This document shows, one piece after another, positions 1 to 9,798 of a stretch of 64,000 nucleotides of DNA. Numbering within the stretch: the first letter of the stretch is position 1; every line of letters starts with the position of its first letter. The notes beneath the pieces are model-generated. The model was not told the DNA's origin. It saw only the letters and a program-made list of their open reading frames with translations, and made no database searches. The stretch comes from Alphaproteobacteria bacterium (GTDB lineage: Bacteria > Pseudomonadota > Alphaproteobacteria > MPNO01 > UBA830): assembly GCA_965243135.1 (NCBI GenBank), contig OZ251539.1:1280001-1344000 (forward strand), read 5' to 3'. Made by a program: the position numbers and the translations under genes.

Positions 1-766
1 CGCGAGGCACGGCGGATCTTTTCTCCGGGTAAAAGCTCTCTCCCTGTCAATTCCGAGGCGCAACGCAGGCAGTCGGCAATCTCCGTCGCGAGGCGGTACG
101 GGCTTCGCAGCGAGTCAAGCGTCCCGCCCCTCGTCCCCCCGAAGGCCGCCGCGCGACGCTCTTCGCAGCGGCAACGCGTTCCCGGAATCTCCACGCCGGT
201 CCCGAAAGGCGCACTACGCACGCTTACCGGTCGGGCGAGCGCGGCCCACCAAAGTCCGTCTCGCGGTCAGAGATCCCCGAGCAAGCCCCCTGTCGCCGCG
301 CCCAGGCAAGAAGTCCGCCGCGACACCGTACAGGCAGCGCCGGGCGTCTCTCCGGCCCCTGCAAGCGGCATGACGAGGACACCACCCGGAAAGCGAGGAC
401 AGGACGTCACATTGCCCTTCCGTTCCTGAGCGGGTTCTCCCATGTCGGCGGTCGACCGAAGACGCGCTCCGGGGCCGCCGTTCCGCAGGAATCTTCTCCG
501 CCGAAATGATCCTCCTGTCAATTCCGACGCGGCCGTCGACGAGAACGGCCGGCTCTCCCGCCCCGCAGCGCGGCGCAGAACCCGGAGACGCGCCCGGCCC
601 GCGAAGCCTGCAAGGAGACGCCGCCGCGGCCCCGAGGCGGCCTCCTCGGCCGGGCGGCCCGTCAAGCCGCGCGACGAACCGGCGGAACCGGCTGCCGCCG
701 CAGGCCGAACCACGGGCGGCGTTCTTTCGCAGAGGCGGCCGTGTCCGAACGGAACCTCGTCCGGCT

Positions 767-2299
767 TCAGGCGGCCTCGCAATCGAACCCGACGACGTTG
801 CGCTCCGCCCGGCTGAACTCCACCCCGATCAGGTGGACCGAACGCCCGAGGCGGCGGTACTTGTCCGCGTAGCCCTTCTCCCGCAACTGCGCGATCGCGG
901 TCCCCTCCCGTCCGCGCTCCACCACCTTGAACTCGAACAGGTAGACGCGCCCGCCGGCGCGGATCGCCATGTCGGCGCGCCCCCGGCTGCCGCTGTCCTC
1001 CGCGACCGGCTCGAGGCCCTCCATCAGGAAGCAGCTGTGGATGACGCTCGCGTAGTGGGCCTCGTACTTCGCGACGGGGCTGGTCGCGTACCACTGGTGC
1101 GGGATGGCAGCGAAAATGCCGCGGAACAGGGTTTCGAGACGCCTGAAGTCGTTCGCCTCCAGCAATTCGCCCAGCCGCAGGTTCTCCGTCTCCTCGCGGG
1201 CCTCGTCCGGGAGCAGTTCTTCCAGCAGGGCCTCGCCCAGGCTCTGGCGCACTTCGAGGTTCGGGTAGCCCAGCCTGTAGCGCCCGTTCTCCTCGCCGGC
1301 GATGGTGAGGTAGCCGGTCTGGAACAGAAGCGCCTCGACCGACATCCTGTCCACGTCGAAGGCCGAGAGCAGGCTCTCGCTGCCGATCATTCCGTCCAGG
1401 CGTGGAGTGGGCAGGTTGCGGCGCGCCAGCGTCTCGACCAGGAAGGTCGGGGTGCCGCTCTGGAACCAGTACGGGCGGAACTCGCGCCGCTGAAACAGCA
1501 GCAGCAGGCCGAACGGGTTGTAGACCCTCTCCGGCCCGCGCCAGTTGTAGCCGTTGTACCAGCGCCGGATCTCGTCCCGGTCCAGGCCCTCGAGTTCCGG
1601 GGCGAAGGCCGCGTCCAGCTCCGCGTCCGTGCAGCCGCAGATGTCCGAGAACTCCGGCGCCAGCGTGATGTCGTTCAAATTGTTCAGGCCCGAGAACAGG
1701 CCCGATAACTTGCTCACCCCCGTCAGGAAAACGAAACGCAGCTGCCTGTCGCATGCCTTGATCACCCCGTACAGGCTGCGCAGGAAGTCGCGGTTGGCCA
1801 GCGCCACTTCCCGGTCGCCGAGCGCGTCCAGGATCGGCTTGTCGTACTCGTCCACCAGAACGACCGCCCGCTGTCCGGCGCGCTCGTGCAGCGTCCTTAT
1901 CAGGCGCCGGAAACGGACCGCCGCCCCCGGGGGGCCCGGTTCGAGGCCGGCCTGCATCTCCGTCTCTTCCAACTGCGCTTCCACGGTTCCCCGAACCCCG
2001 TCCGGGGTGTCGAAACGGCCCACGCCGCTGAAATCCAGCCGCACGACCGGATGGCGCGCCGACCAGTCCCACTTGCCGTGCACGGCGAGGCCGCGGAACA
2101 ACTCCTCGCTTCCTTCGAACAACTCCTGCAGGGTGTCCACCAGCAGGGTCTTGCCGAACCGGCGCGGACGCGACAGGAAATAGTACTTGCCCCCTTCGAT
2201 GAGGCGGCGCGCATGGTCCGTCTTGTCGACGTAGTAGCAGTCCATCCCCCGGATCTCCCGGAGGGAGGAAAAGCCGATCGGAAGCATGCGTTTCGTCAT
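767..2299 (-). CDS. AAA-ATPase-like (PF09820-type) + C-terminal PD-(D/E)xK nuclease (PDDEXK_9/DUF1703-type), copy 1
   Basis: YYVDKT, Walker A RPRRFGKT, Walker B VVLVDEYDKP, SGLNNL, YNPF, YPNLEV, GRADM...LFEFK, ALAQ-like/KGY motifs. ATG at 2299 (MTKRMLPIG). Confidence 0.9.
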   Translation of the reverse strand: MTKRMLPIGFSSLREIRGMDCYYVDKTDHARRLIEGGKYYFLSRPRRFGKTLLVDTLQELFEGSEELFRGLAVHGKWDWSARHPVVRLDFSGVGRFDTPDGVRGTVEAQLEETEMQAGLEPGPPGAAVRFRRLIRTLHERAGQRAVVLVDEYDKPILDALGDREVALANRDFLRSLYGVIKACDRQLRFVFLTGVSKLSGLFSGLNNLNDITLAPEFSDICGCTDAELDAAFAPELEGLDRDEIRRWYNGYNWRGPERVYNPFGLLLLFQRREFRPYWFQSGTPTFLVETLARRNLPTPRLDGMIGSESLLSAFDVDRMSVEALLFQTGYLTIAGEENGRYRLGYPNLEVRQSLGEALLEELLPDEAREETENLRLGELLEANDFRRLETLFRGIFAAIPHQWYATSPVAKYEAHYASVIHSCFLMEGLEPVAEDSGSRGRADMAIRAGGRVYLFEFKVVERGREGTAIAQLREKGYADKYRRLGRSVHLIGVEFSRAERNVVGFDCEAA

Positions 2300-2305
2300 C
2301 CGAAG

Positions 2306-2334
2306 AGGGTAGGCCGCCATGCCGGAGCCGTCAA
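2306..2334 (-). promoter_or_regulatory. sigma70-like promoter (TTGACG-17 bp-TACCCT) 6 nt upstream of the ATG; leaderless mRNA; conserved before all seven copies
   Basis: Minus strand reads TTGACG gctccggcatggcggcc TACCCT cttcgg ATG. No Shine-Dalgarno. Equivalent sequence precedes copies 2-7. Confidence 0.65.
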
Positions 2335-2956
2335 GAAGTCGGCGGTCGCGAGGCACGGCGGATCTTTTCTCCGGGTAAAAGCCTCTCTCCCTGTCAATTC
2401 CGAGGCGCAACGCAGGCAGTCGGCAATCTCCGTCGCGAGGCAGTACGGGCTTCGCGGGAGTCAAGCGTCCCGCCCTTCGTCCCCCCCGAAGGCCGCCGCG
2501 CGACGCTCTTCGCCGCGGCAACGCGTTCCCGGAATCTCCACGCGGGTCCCGAAAGGTGCACTACGCACGCTTACCGGTCGGGCGAGCAGCGAGGACAGGA
2601 CGTCACATTGCCCTTCCGTTCCTGAGCGGGTTCTCCCATGTCGGCGGTCGACCGAAGACGCGCTCCGGCGGCCGCGACAGCGCTCCGGGGCCGCCGTTCC
2701 GCAGGAATCTTCTCCGCGCGAAATGAATTTTCTCGCCCTCTCAAGCCTTGCCTCCCGGCTCCGGCATCGTCGAACGGGGCCGGCCCGCAAAGCCTGCCGG
2801 CGCGCGAGCGCCCGCAGGGAGACGCCGCCGGCCACGAGGCGGCCTCCTCGCCGGGCGGCCCGTCAAGCCGCGCGACGAACCGGCGGGACCGGCTGCCGCC
2901 GCAGGCCGAACTCGCGGCGGCGTTCTTTTGCGGAGGCGGCCGTGACGGGAAGCCGT

Positions 2957-4474
2957 TCAGGCGGGCTCGCAGTCGAACCCGACGACGTTGCGCTCCTCGC
3001 GGCTGAACTCCACCCCGATCAGGTGGACCGAACGACGGCGGTACTTGTCCGCATAGCCCTTCTCCCGCAGTTGCGCGAGCGCGGTCCCCTCCCGCCCGCG
3101 CTCCACCACCTTGAACTCGAACAGGTAGACGCGCCCGCCGGCGCGGACCGCCATGTCGGCGCGCCCCCGGCTGCCGCTGTCCTCGGCGACCGGCTCAAGG
3201 CCCTCCATCAGGAAGCAGCTGTGGATGACGCTCGCGTAGTGGGCCTCGTACACCGGGCTGTTCAAGTACCACTGGTGCGGGATGGCGGCGAAGACGCCGC
3301 GGAACAGGGTCCCGAGGCGCTCGAAGTCGTTCGCTTCCAGCAATTCGCCCAGCCGCAGGCGCTCCGTCTTCTTGCGCGCCGCGTTCGGGAGCAGTTCTTC
3401 CAGCAGGGCCTCGCCCAGGCTCCGGCGCACCTCGAGGTTCGGGTAGTCCAGCCTGTAGCGCCCGTCCTCCTCGCCCGCGATGGTGAGGTAGCCGGTCTGG
3501 AACAGAAGCGCCTCGACCGAGATATTGTCCACGTCGAAGGTCGAGAGCAGGCTCTCGCTGCCGATCATGCCGTCCAGGTCGGGAGTGGGCAGGTCGCGGC
3601 GCGTCAGCGTCTCGACCAGGAAGGTCGGCGTGCCGCTCTGGAACCAGTACGGGCGGAACACGCGCCGCCGAAACAGCAGCAGGAGGCCGAACGGGTTGTA
3701 GACCTTTTCCGGTCCGAGCCAGTTGTAGCCGTTGTACCAGCGGCGGACCTCGTCCCGGTCCAGACCCTCGAGTTCCGGGGCGAAGACCGCGTCCAGTTCG
3801 TCGTCCGTGCAGCCGCAGATGTCCGAGAACTCCGGCTCCAGCGTGACGTCGATCAGGTTGTTCAGGCCCGAGAACAGGCCCGCCAACTTGCTCACCCCCG
3901 TCAGGAAAACGAAACGGAGCTGCTCGTCGCAGTCCTTGATCATCGCGTAGAAGCCGCGCAGGAAGTCGCGGTTGGCCAGCGCCAGTTCCCGGTCGCCGAG
4001 CGCGTCCAGAATCGGCTTGTCGTACTCGTCCACCAGAACGACCGTTCGCTGCCCGGTGCGCTCGTGCAGCGTCCTTATCAGGCGCCGGAAACGGACCGAC
4101 GCCTCGGCGGGGCCCGGTTCGAGGCCGGCCAGCCGCTCCGTTTCCTCCAACTGGTCTTCCACGTTGCTCCGAATGAAGTCCGGGGAGTCGAAATTGCCCC
4201 CGCCGAAGCTGATCCGCACGACAGGATGGCGCGCCGACCAGTCCCACTTGCCGTGTATGGCGAGGCCCCGGAACAACTCCTCGCTTCCCTCGAACAGCTT
4301 CTGCAGCGTGTCCACCAGCAGCGTCTTGCCGAACCGGCGCGGACGCGACAGAAAATAATATTGACCACCCTCGATAAGGCGGCGGACATGGTCCGTCTTG
4401 TCGACGTAGTAGCAGTCCATCCCCCGGATTTTCCGGAGGGAGGTCATGCCGATCGGAAGCATGCGTTTTGCCAT
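2957..4474 (-). CDS. AAA-ATPase-like + PD-(D/E)xK nuclease, copy 2
   Basis: Same motifs as copy 1. Starts MAKRMLPIG; has a few small in-frame deletions. Confidence 0.9.
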   Translation of the reverse strand: MAKRMLPIGMTSLRKIRGMDCYYVDKTDHVRRLIEGGQYYFLSRPRRFGKTLLVDTLQKLFEGSEELFRGLAIHGKWDWSARHPVVRISFGGGNFDSPDFIRSNVEDQLEETERLAGLEPGPAEASVRFRRLIRTLHERTGQRTVVLVDEYDKPILDALGDRELALANRDFLRGFYAMIKDCDEQLRFVFLTGVSKLAGLFSGLNNLIDVTLEPEFSDICGCTDDELDAVFAPELEGLDRDEVRRWYNGYNWLGPEKVYNPFGLLLLFRRRVFRPYWFQSGTPTFLVETLTRRDLPTPDLDGMIGSESLLSTFDVDNISVEALLFQTGYLTIAGEEDGRYRLDYPNLEVRRSLGEALLEELLPNAARKKTERLRLGELLEANDFERLGTLFRGVFAAIPHQWYLNSPVYEAHYASVIHSCFLMEGLEPVAEDSGSRGRADMAVRAGGRVYLFEFKVVERGREGTALAQLREKGYADKYRRRSVHLIGVEFSREERNVVGFDCEPA

Positions 4475-5177
4475 CCAAAGAGGGTAGGCCGCCGCGCCGG
4501 AGCCGTCAAGAAGTCGGCGGTCGCGAGGCACGGCGGACCTTTTCTCCGGTTAAAAGCTCTCTCCCTGTCAATTCTGAAGCGTAACGCAGGCAGTCGGCAA
4601 TCTCCGTCGCGAGGCAGTACGGGCTTCGCGGCGAGTCAAGCGTCCCGCCCTCGTCCCCCCGAAGGCCGCCGCGCGATCAGAGATCCCCGAGCAAGCCCCC
4701 TGTCGCCGCGCCCAAGCAAGAAGTCCGCCGCGACGCCGTACAGGCAGCGCCGGGCGTCTCTCCGGCACAGCCCCTGCAAGCGGCATGGCGAGGACACCAC
4801 CCGGAAAGCGAGGACAGGACATCGCATTGCCCTTTCGTTCCTGAGCGGGTTCTCCCATGTCGGCGGTCGACCGAAGACGCGCTCCGGCGGTCGCGACAGC
4901 GCTCCGGGGCCGCCGTTCCGCAGGAATCTTCTCCGCGCGAAATCAATTTTCTCGCCCTCTCAAGCCTTGCCTTCCGGCCCCGGCATCGTCGAACGGGCGC
5001 CGGTCCGCAAAGCCTGCCGACGCGCGAGCGCCTGCAAGGAGACGCCGCCGGCCACGAGGCGGCCTCCTCGGCCGGGCGGACCGTCAAGCCACGCGGCGAA
5101 CCGGCAGAACCGGCTGCCGCCGCAGGCCGAACCCGCGGCGGCGTTCTTTCGCGGAGGCGGCCGTGACGGAAAGCCGT

Positions 5178-6713
5178 TCAGGCGGTCTCGCAATCGAAGC
5201 CGACGACGTTGCGCTCCTCGCGGCTGAACTCCACCCCGATCAGGTGGACCGAACGTCCGAGACGGCGGTACTTGTCCGCATAGCCCTTCTCCCGCAGCTG
5301 CGCGAGCGCGGTCCCCTCCCGCCCGCGCTCCACCACCTTGAACTCGAACAGGTAGACGCGCCCGCCGGCGCGGATCGCCATGTCGGCGCGCCCCCGGCTG
5401 CCGCTGTCCTCGGCAATCGGCTCAAGGCCCTCCATCAGGAAGCAGCTGTGGATGACGCTCGCGTAGTGGGCCTCGTACTTCGCGACGGGGCTGTTCATGT
5501 ACCACTGGTGCGGGATGGCGGCGAAAATGCCGCGGAACAGGGTTTCGAGACGCTTGAAGTCGTTCGCCTCCAGCAATTCGCCCAGCCGCAGGTTCTCCGT
5601 CTCCTCGCGGGCCTCGTCCGGGAGCAATTCTCCCAGCAGGGCCTCGCCCAGGCTCCGGCGCACCTCGAGGTTCGGATAGTCCAGCCTGTAACGCCCGTCC
5701 TCCTCGCCGGCGATGGTGAGGTAGCCGGTCTGGAACAGAAGCGCCTCGACCGAGATCCTGTCCACGTCGAAGGTCGAGAGCAGGCTCTCGCTGCCGATCA
5801 TGCCGTCCAGGCGTGGAGTGGGCAGGTTGCGGCGCGCCAGCGTCTCGACCAGGAAGGTCGGCGTGCCGCTCTGGAACCAGTACGGGCGGAACTCGCGCCG
5901 CCGAAACAGCAGCAGGAGGCCGAACGGGTTGTAGACCCTCTCCGGCCCGCGCCAGTTGTAGCCGTTGTACCAGCACCGGACCTCGTCCCGGTCCAGGCCC
6001 TCGAGTTCCGGGGCGAACACCGCGTCCAGTTCCGCATCCGTATAGCCGCAAATGTCCGAGAACTCCGGCTCCAGCGTGACGTCGATCAGGTTGTTCAGGC
6101 CCGAGAACAGGCCCGCCTGCGAGAACTTGCTCACCCCCGTCAGAAAAACGAAACGGAGATGCCTGTCGCAGTCCTTGATCGCCCCGTACAGGCTGCGCAG
6201 GAAGTCGCGGTTGGCCCGCGCCAGTTCCCGGTCGCCGAGCGCGTCCAGGATCGGCTTGTCGTACTCGTCCACCAGAACGACCGCCCGCTGCCCGGTGCGC
6301 TCGTGCAAGGCCTCGATCAATTCCCCGAAACGGTTCGACGCCTCGACGGGATCCGGTTCGAGGCCGGCGCGCCTCTCCGCCGCCGCCAGCTGCCTTTCCA
6401 CGGTTATCCGAACCCCGTCCGGCGCACGGAAATTGCCCCTGCCGAAACTGAGCCGCACGACCGGATGGCGCGTCGACCAGTCCCACTTGCCGTGCACGGC
6501 GAGGCCCCGGAACAACTCCTCGCTTCCCTCGAACAGCTCCTGCAGCGTGTCCACCATGAGGGTCTTGCCGAACCGGCGCGGACGCGACAGGAAATAGTAC
6601 TTGCCCCTCTCGACGAGGCGGCGCACATGGTCCGTCTTGTCGACGTAGTAGCAGTCCATCCCCCGGATCTCCCGGAGGGAGGAAAAGCCGATCGGAAGCA
6701 TGCGTTTCGTCAT
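5178..6713 (-). CDS. AAA-ATPase-like + PD-(D/E)xK nuclease, copy 3
   Basis: Same motifs; 511 aa from the ATG at 6713. Confidence 0.9.
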   Translation of the reverse strand: MTKRMLPIGFSSLREIRGMDCYYVDKTDHVRRLVERGKYYFLSRPRRFGKTLMVDTLQELFEGSEELFRGLAVHGKWDWSTRHPVVRLSFGRGNFRAPDGVRITVERQLAAAERRAGLEPDPVEASNRFGELIEALHERTGQRAVVLVDEYDKPILDALGDRELARANRDFLRSLYGAIKDCDRHLRFVFLTGVSKFSQAGLFSGLNNLIDVTLEPEFSDICGYTDAELDAVFAPELEGLDRDEVRCWYNGYNWRGPERVYNPFGLLLLFRRREFRPYWFQSGTPTFLVETLARRNLPTPRLDGMIGSESLLSTFDVDRISVEALLFQTGYLTIAGEEDGRYRLDYPNLEVRRSLGEALLGELLPDEAREETENLRLGELLEANDFKRLETLFRGIFAAIPHQWYMNSPVAKYEAHYASVIHSCFLMEGLEPIAEDSGSRGRADMAIRAGGRVYLFEFKVVERGREGTALAQLREKGYADKYRRLGRSVHLIGVEFSREERNVVGFDCETA

Positions 6714-7475
6714 CCGAAGAGAGTAGGCCGCCGCGCCGGAGCCGTCAAGAAGTCGGCGGTCGCGAAGCACGGCGGATCTTTCTCCGGGCTCCCTGTCAGT
6801 TCTGAAGCGCAACGCAGGCAGTCGGCAATCTCCGTCGCGAGGCAGTACGGGCTTCGCGGCGAGTCAATCGTCCCGCTCCTCGTCCCCCCAAAGGCCGCCG
6901 CGCGACGCTCTTCTCAGCGGCAACGCGTTCCCGGAATCTCCACCCCGAAAGGCGCACTACGCACGCTTACCGGTCGGGCAAGCGCGATCCACCAAAGTCC
7001 GTCTCGCGATCAGAGATCCCCGAGCAAGCCCCCTGTCGCCGCGCCCAGGCAAGAAGAGTCCGGCGCGACGCCGTACAGGCAGCGCCGGGCGTCTCTCCGG
7101 CACAGCCCCTGCAAGCGGCATGACGAGGACACCACCCGAAAGCGAGGACAGGACATCGCATTGCCCTTCCGTTCCTGAGCGGGTTCGTCGGCGGTCGACC
7201 GAAGACGCGCTCCGGCGGCCGCGACAGCGCTCCGGGACCGCCGTTCCGCAGGAATCTTCTCCGCGCGAAATTAATTTTCTCGCTCTCTCAAGCCTTGCCT
7301 CCCGGCATCGTCGAACGGGCGCCGGCCCGCAAAGCCTGCCGGGAACGGCGTGCGAGCGCCTGCAAGGAGACGCCGCCGGCCACGAGGCGGCCTCCTCGGC
7401 CGGGCGGCCCGTCAAGCCGCGCGACGAACCGGCGGAACCGGCTGCCGAAATGTCCGAACGGGACCTCGTCCGGCT

Positions 7476-9011
7476 TCAGGCGGCCTCGCAATCGAAGCCG
7501 ACGACGTTGCGCTCCTCGCGGCTGAACTCCACCCCGATCAGGTGGACCGAACGTCCGAGATGGCGGTACTTGTCCGCGTAGCCCTTCTCCCGCAACTGCG
7601 CGAGCGCAGTCCCCTCCCGCCCGCGCTCCACCACCTTGAACTCGAACAGGTAGACGCGCCCGCCGACGCGGATCGCCATGTCGGCGCGCCCCCGGCTGCC
7701 GCTGTCCTCGGCGACCGGCTCAAGGCCCTCCATCAGGAAGCAACTGTGGATGACGCTCGCGTAGTGGGCCTCGTACTTCGCGACGGGGCTGTTCATGTAC
7801 CACTGGTGCGGGATGGCGGCGAAGACGCCGCGGAACAGGGTTTCGAGACGCTTGAAGTCGTTCGCCTCCAGCAGTTCGCCCAGCCGCAGGTTCTCCGTCT
7901 CCTCGCGGGCCTCGGCCGGGAGCAGTTCTTCCAGCAGGGCCTCGCCCAGGCTCTGGCGCACCTCGAGGTTCGGGTAGTCCAGCCTGTAGCGCCCGTCCTC
8001 CTCGCCGGCGATGGTGAGGTAGCCGGTCTGGAACAGAAGCGCCTGGACCGACATCCTGTCCACGTCGAAGGCCGAGAGCAGGCTCTCGCTGCCGATCATG
8101 CCGTCCAGGCGGGGAGTGGGCAGGTCGCGGCGCGCCAGCGTCTCGACCAGGAAGGTCGGCGTGCCGCTCTCGAACCAGTAGTTGCCGAACCTGCGCTCGG
8201 CGAACAGCAGCAGGAGGCCGAACGGGTTGTAGAGCCTCTCCGGCCCGCGCCAGTTGTAGCCGTTGTACCAGCGCCGGATCTCGTCCCGGTCCAGGCCCTC
8301 GAGTTCCGGGGCGAAGACCGCGTCCAGTTCCGCGTCCGTGCAGCCGCAGATGTCCGAGAACTCCGGCGCCAGCGTGATGTCGCGCAGGTTGTTCAGGCCC
8401 GAGAACAGGCCAGCCTTCGAGAACTTGCTCACCCCCGTCAGGAAAACGAAACGGAGATGCCTGTCGCTGTCCTTGATCATCGCGTAGAAGCCGCGCAGGA
8501 AGTCGCGGTTGGCCCGCGCCAGTTCCCGGTCGCCGAGCGCGTCCAGGATCGGCTTGTCGTATTCGTCCACCAGAACGACCGCCCGCCGCCCGGTGCGCTC
8601 GTGCAGCGTCCGTATCAGGCGCCGGAAACGGATCGACGCCTCGGCAGGCCCCGGTTCGAGGCCCGCCAGCCGCTCCGTCTCCTCCAGCTGGTCTTCCACA
8701 TCTTTCCGAACGAAGTCCGGAGTGTCGAAATTGCCCCCGCCGAAGCTGATCCGCACGACCGGGTGACGCGTCGACCAGTCCCACTTGCCGTGCACGGCGA
8801 GGCCCCGGAACAGCTCCTCGCTTCCCTCGAACAACTCCTGCAGCGTGTCCACCAGCAGGGTTTTGCCGAACCGGCGCGGACGCGACAGGAAGTAGTACTT
8901 GCCCCTCTCGACGAGGCGGCGGGCATGGTCCGTCTTGTCGACGTAGTAGCAATCCATCCCCCGGATCTCCCGGAGGGAGGAAAAGCCGATCGGAAGCATG
9001 CGTTTCGCCAT
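7476..9011 (-). CDS. AAA-ATPase-like + PD-(D/E)xK nuclease, copy 4
   Basis: Same motifs; 511 aa. Confidence 0.9.
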   Translation of the reverse strand: MAKRMLPIGFSSLREIRGMDCYYVDKTDHARRLVERGKYYFLSRPRRFGKTLLVDTLQELFEGSEELFRGLAVHGKWDWSTRHPVVRISFGGGNFDTPDFVRKDVEDQLEETERLAGLEPGPAEASIRFRRLIRTLHERTGRRAVVLVDEYDKPILDALGDRELARANRDFLRGFYAMIKDSDRHLRFVFLTGVSKFSKAGLFSGLNNLRDITLAPEFSDICGCTDAELDAVFAPELEGLDRDEIRRWYNGYNWRGPERLYNPFGLLLLFAERRFGNYWFESGTPTFLVETLARRDLPTPRLDGMIGSESLLSAFDVDRMSVQALLFQTGYLTIAGEEDGRYRLDYPNLEVRQSLGEALLEELLPAEAREETENLRLGELLEANDFKRLETLFRGVFAAIPHQWYMNSPVAKYEAHYASVIHSCFLMEGLEPVAEDSGSRGRADMAIRVGGRVYLFEFKVVERGREGTALAQLREKGYADKYRHLGRSVHLIGVEFSREERNVVGFDCEAA

Positions 9012-9798
9012 CGTAAGAGAGTAGGCCGCCGCGCCGGAGCCGTCAAGAAGTCGGCGGTCGCGAGGCACGGCGGATCTTTCTCCGGGCTCCCTGTCAGTTC
9101 TGAAGCGCAACGCAGGCAGTCGGCAATCTCCGTCGCGAGGCAGTACGGGCTTCGCGGCGAGTCAATCGTCCCGCTCCTCGTCCCCCCAAAGGCCGCCGCG
9201 CGACGCTCTTCTCAGCGGCAACGCGTTCCCGGAATCTCCACCCCGAAAGGCGCACTACGCACGCTTACCGGTCGGGCAAGCGCGATCCACCAAAGTCCGT
9301 CTCGCGATCAGAGATCCCCGAGCAAGCCCCCTGTCGCCGCGCCCAGGCAAGAAGAGTCCGGCGCGACGCCGTACAGGCAGCGCCGGGCGTCTCTCCGGCA
9401 CAGCCCCTGCAAGCGGCATGACGAGGACACCCACCCGAAAGCGAGGACAGGACATCGCATTGCCCTTCCGTTCCTGAGCGGGTTCGTCGGCGGTCGACCG
9501 AAGACGCGCTCCGGCGGCCGCGACAGCGCTCCGGGGCCGCCGTTCCGCAGGAATCTTCTCCGCGCGAAATTAATTTTCTCGCTCTCTCAAGCCTTGCCTC
9601 CCGGCATCGTCGAACGGGCGCCGGCCCGCAAAGCCTGCCGGGAACGGCGTGCGAGCGCCTGCAAGGAGACGCCGCCGGCCACGAGGCGGCCTCCTCGGCC
9701 GGGCGGCCCGTCAAGCCGCGCGACGAACCGGTGGCTGCCGCCGCAGGCCGAACCGCGGGCGGCGTTCTTTCGCGGAGGCGGCCGTGACAGAAAGCCGT

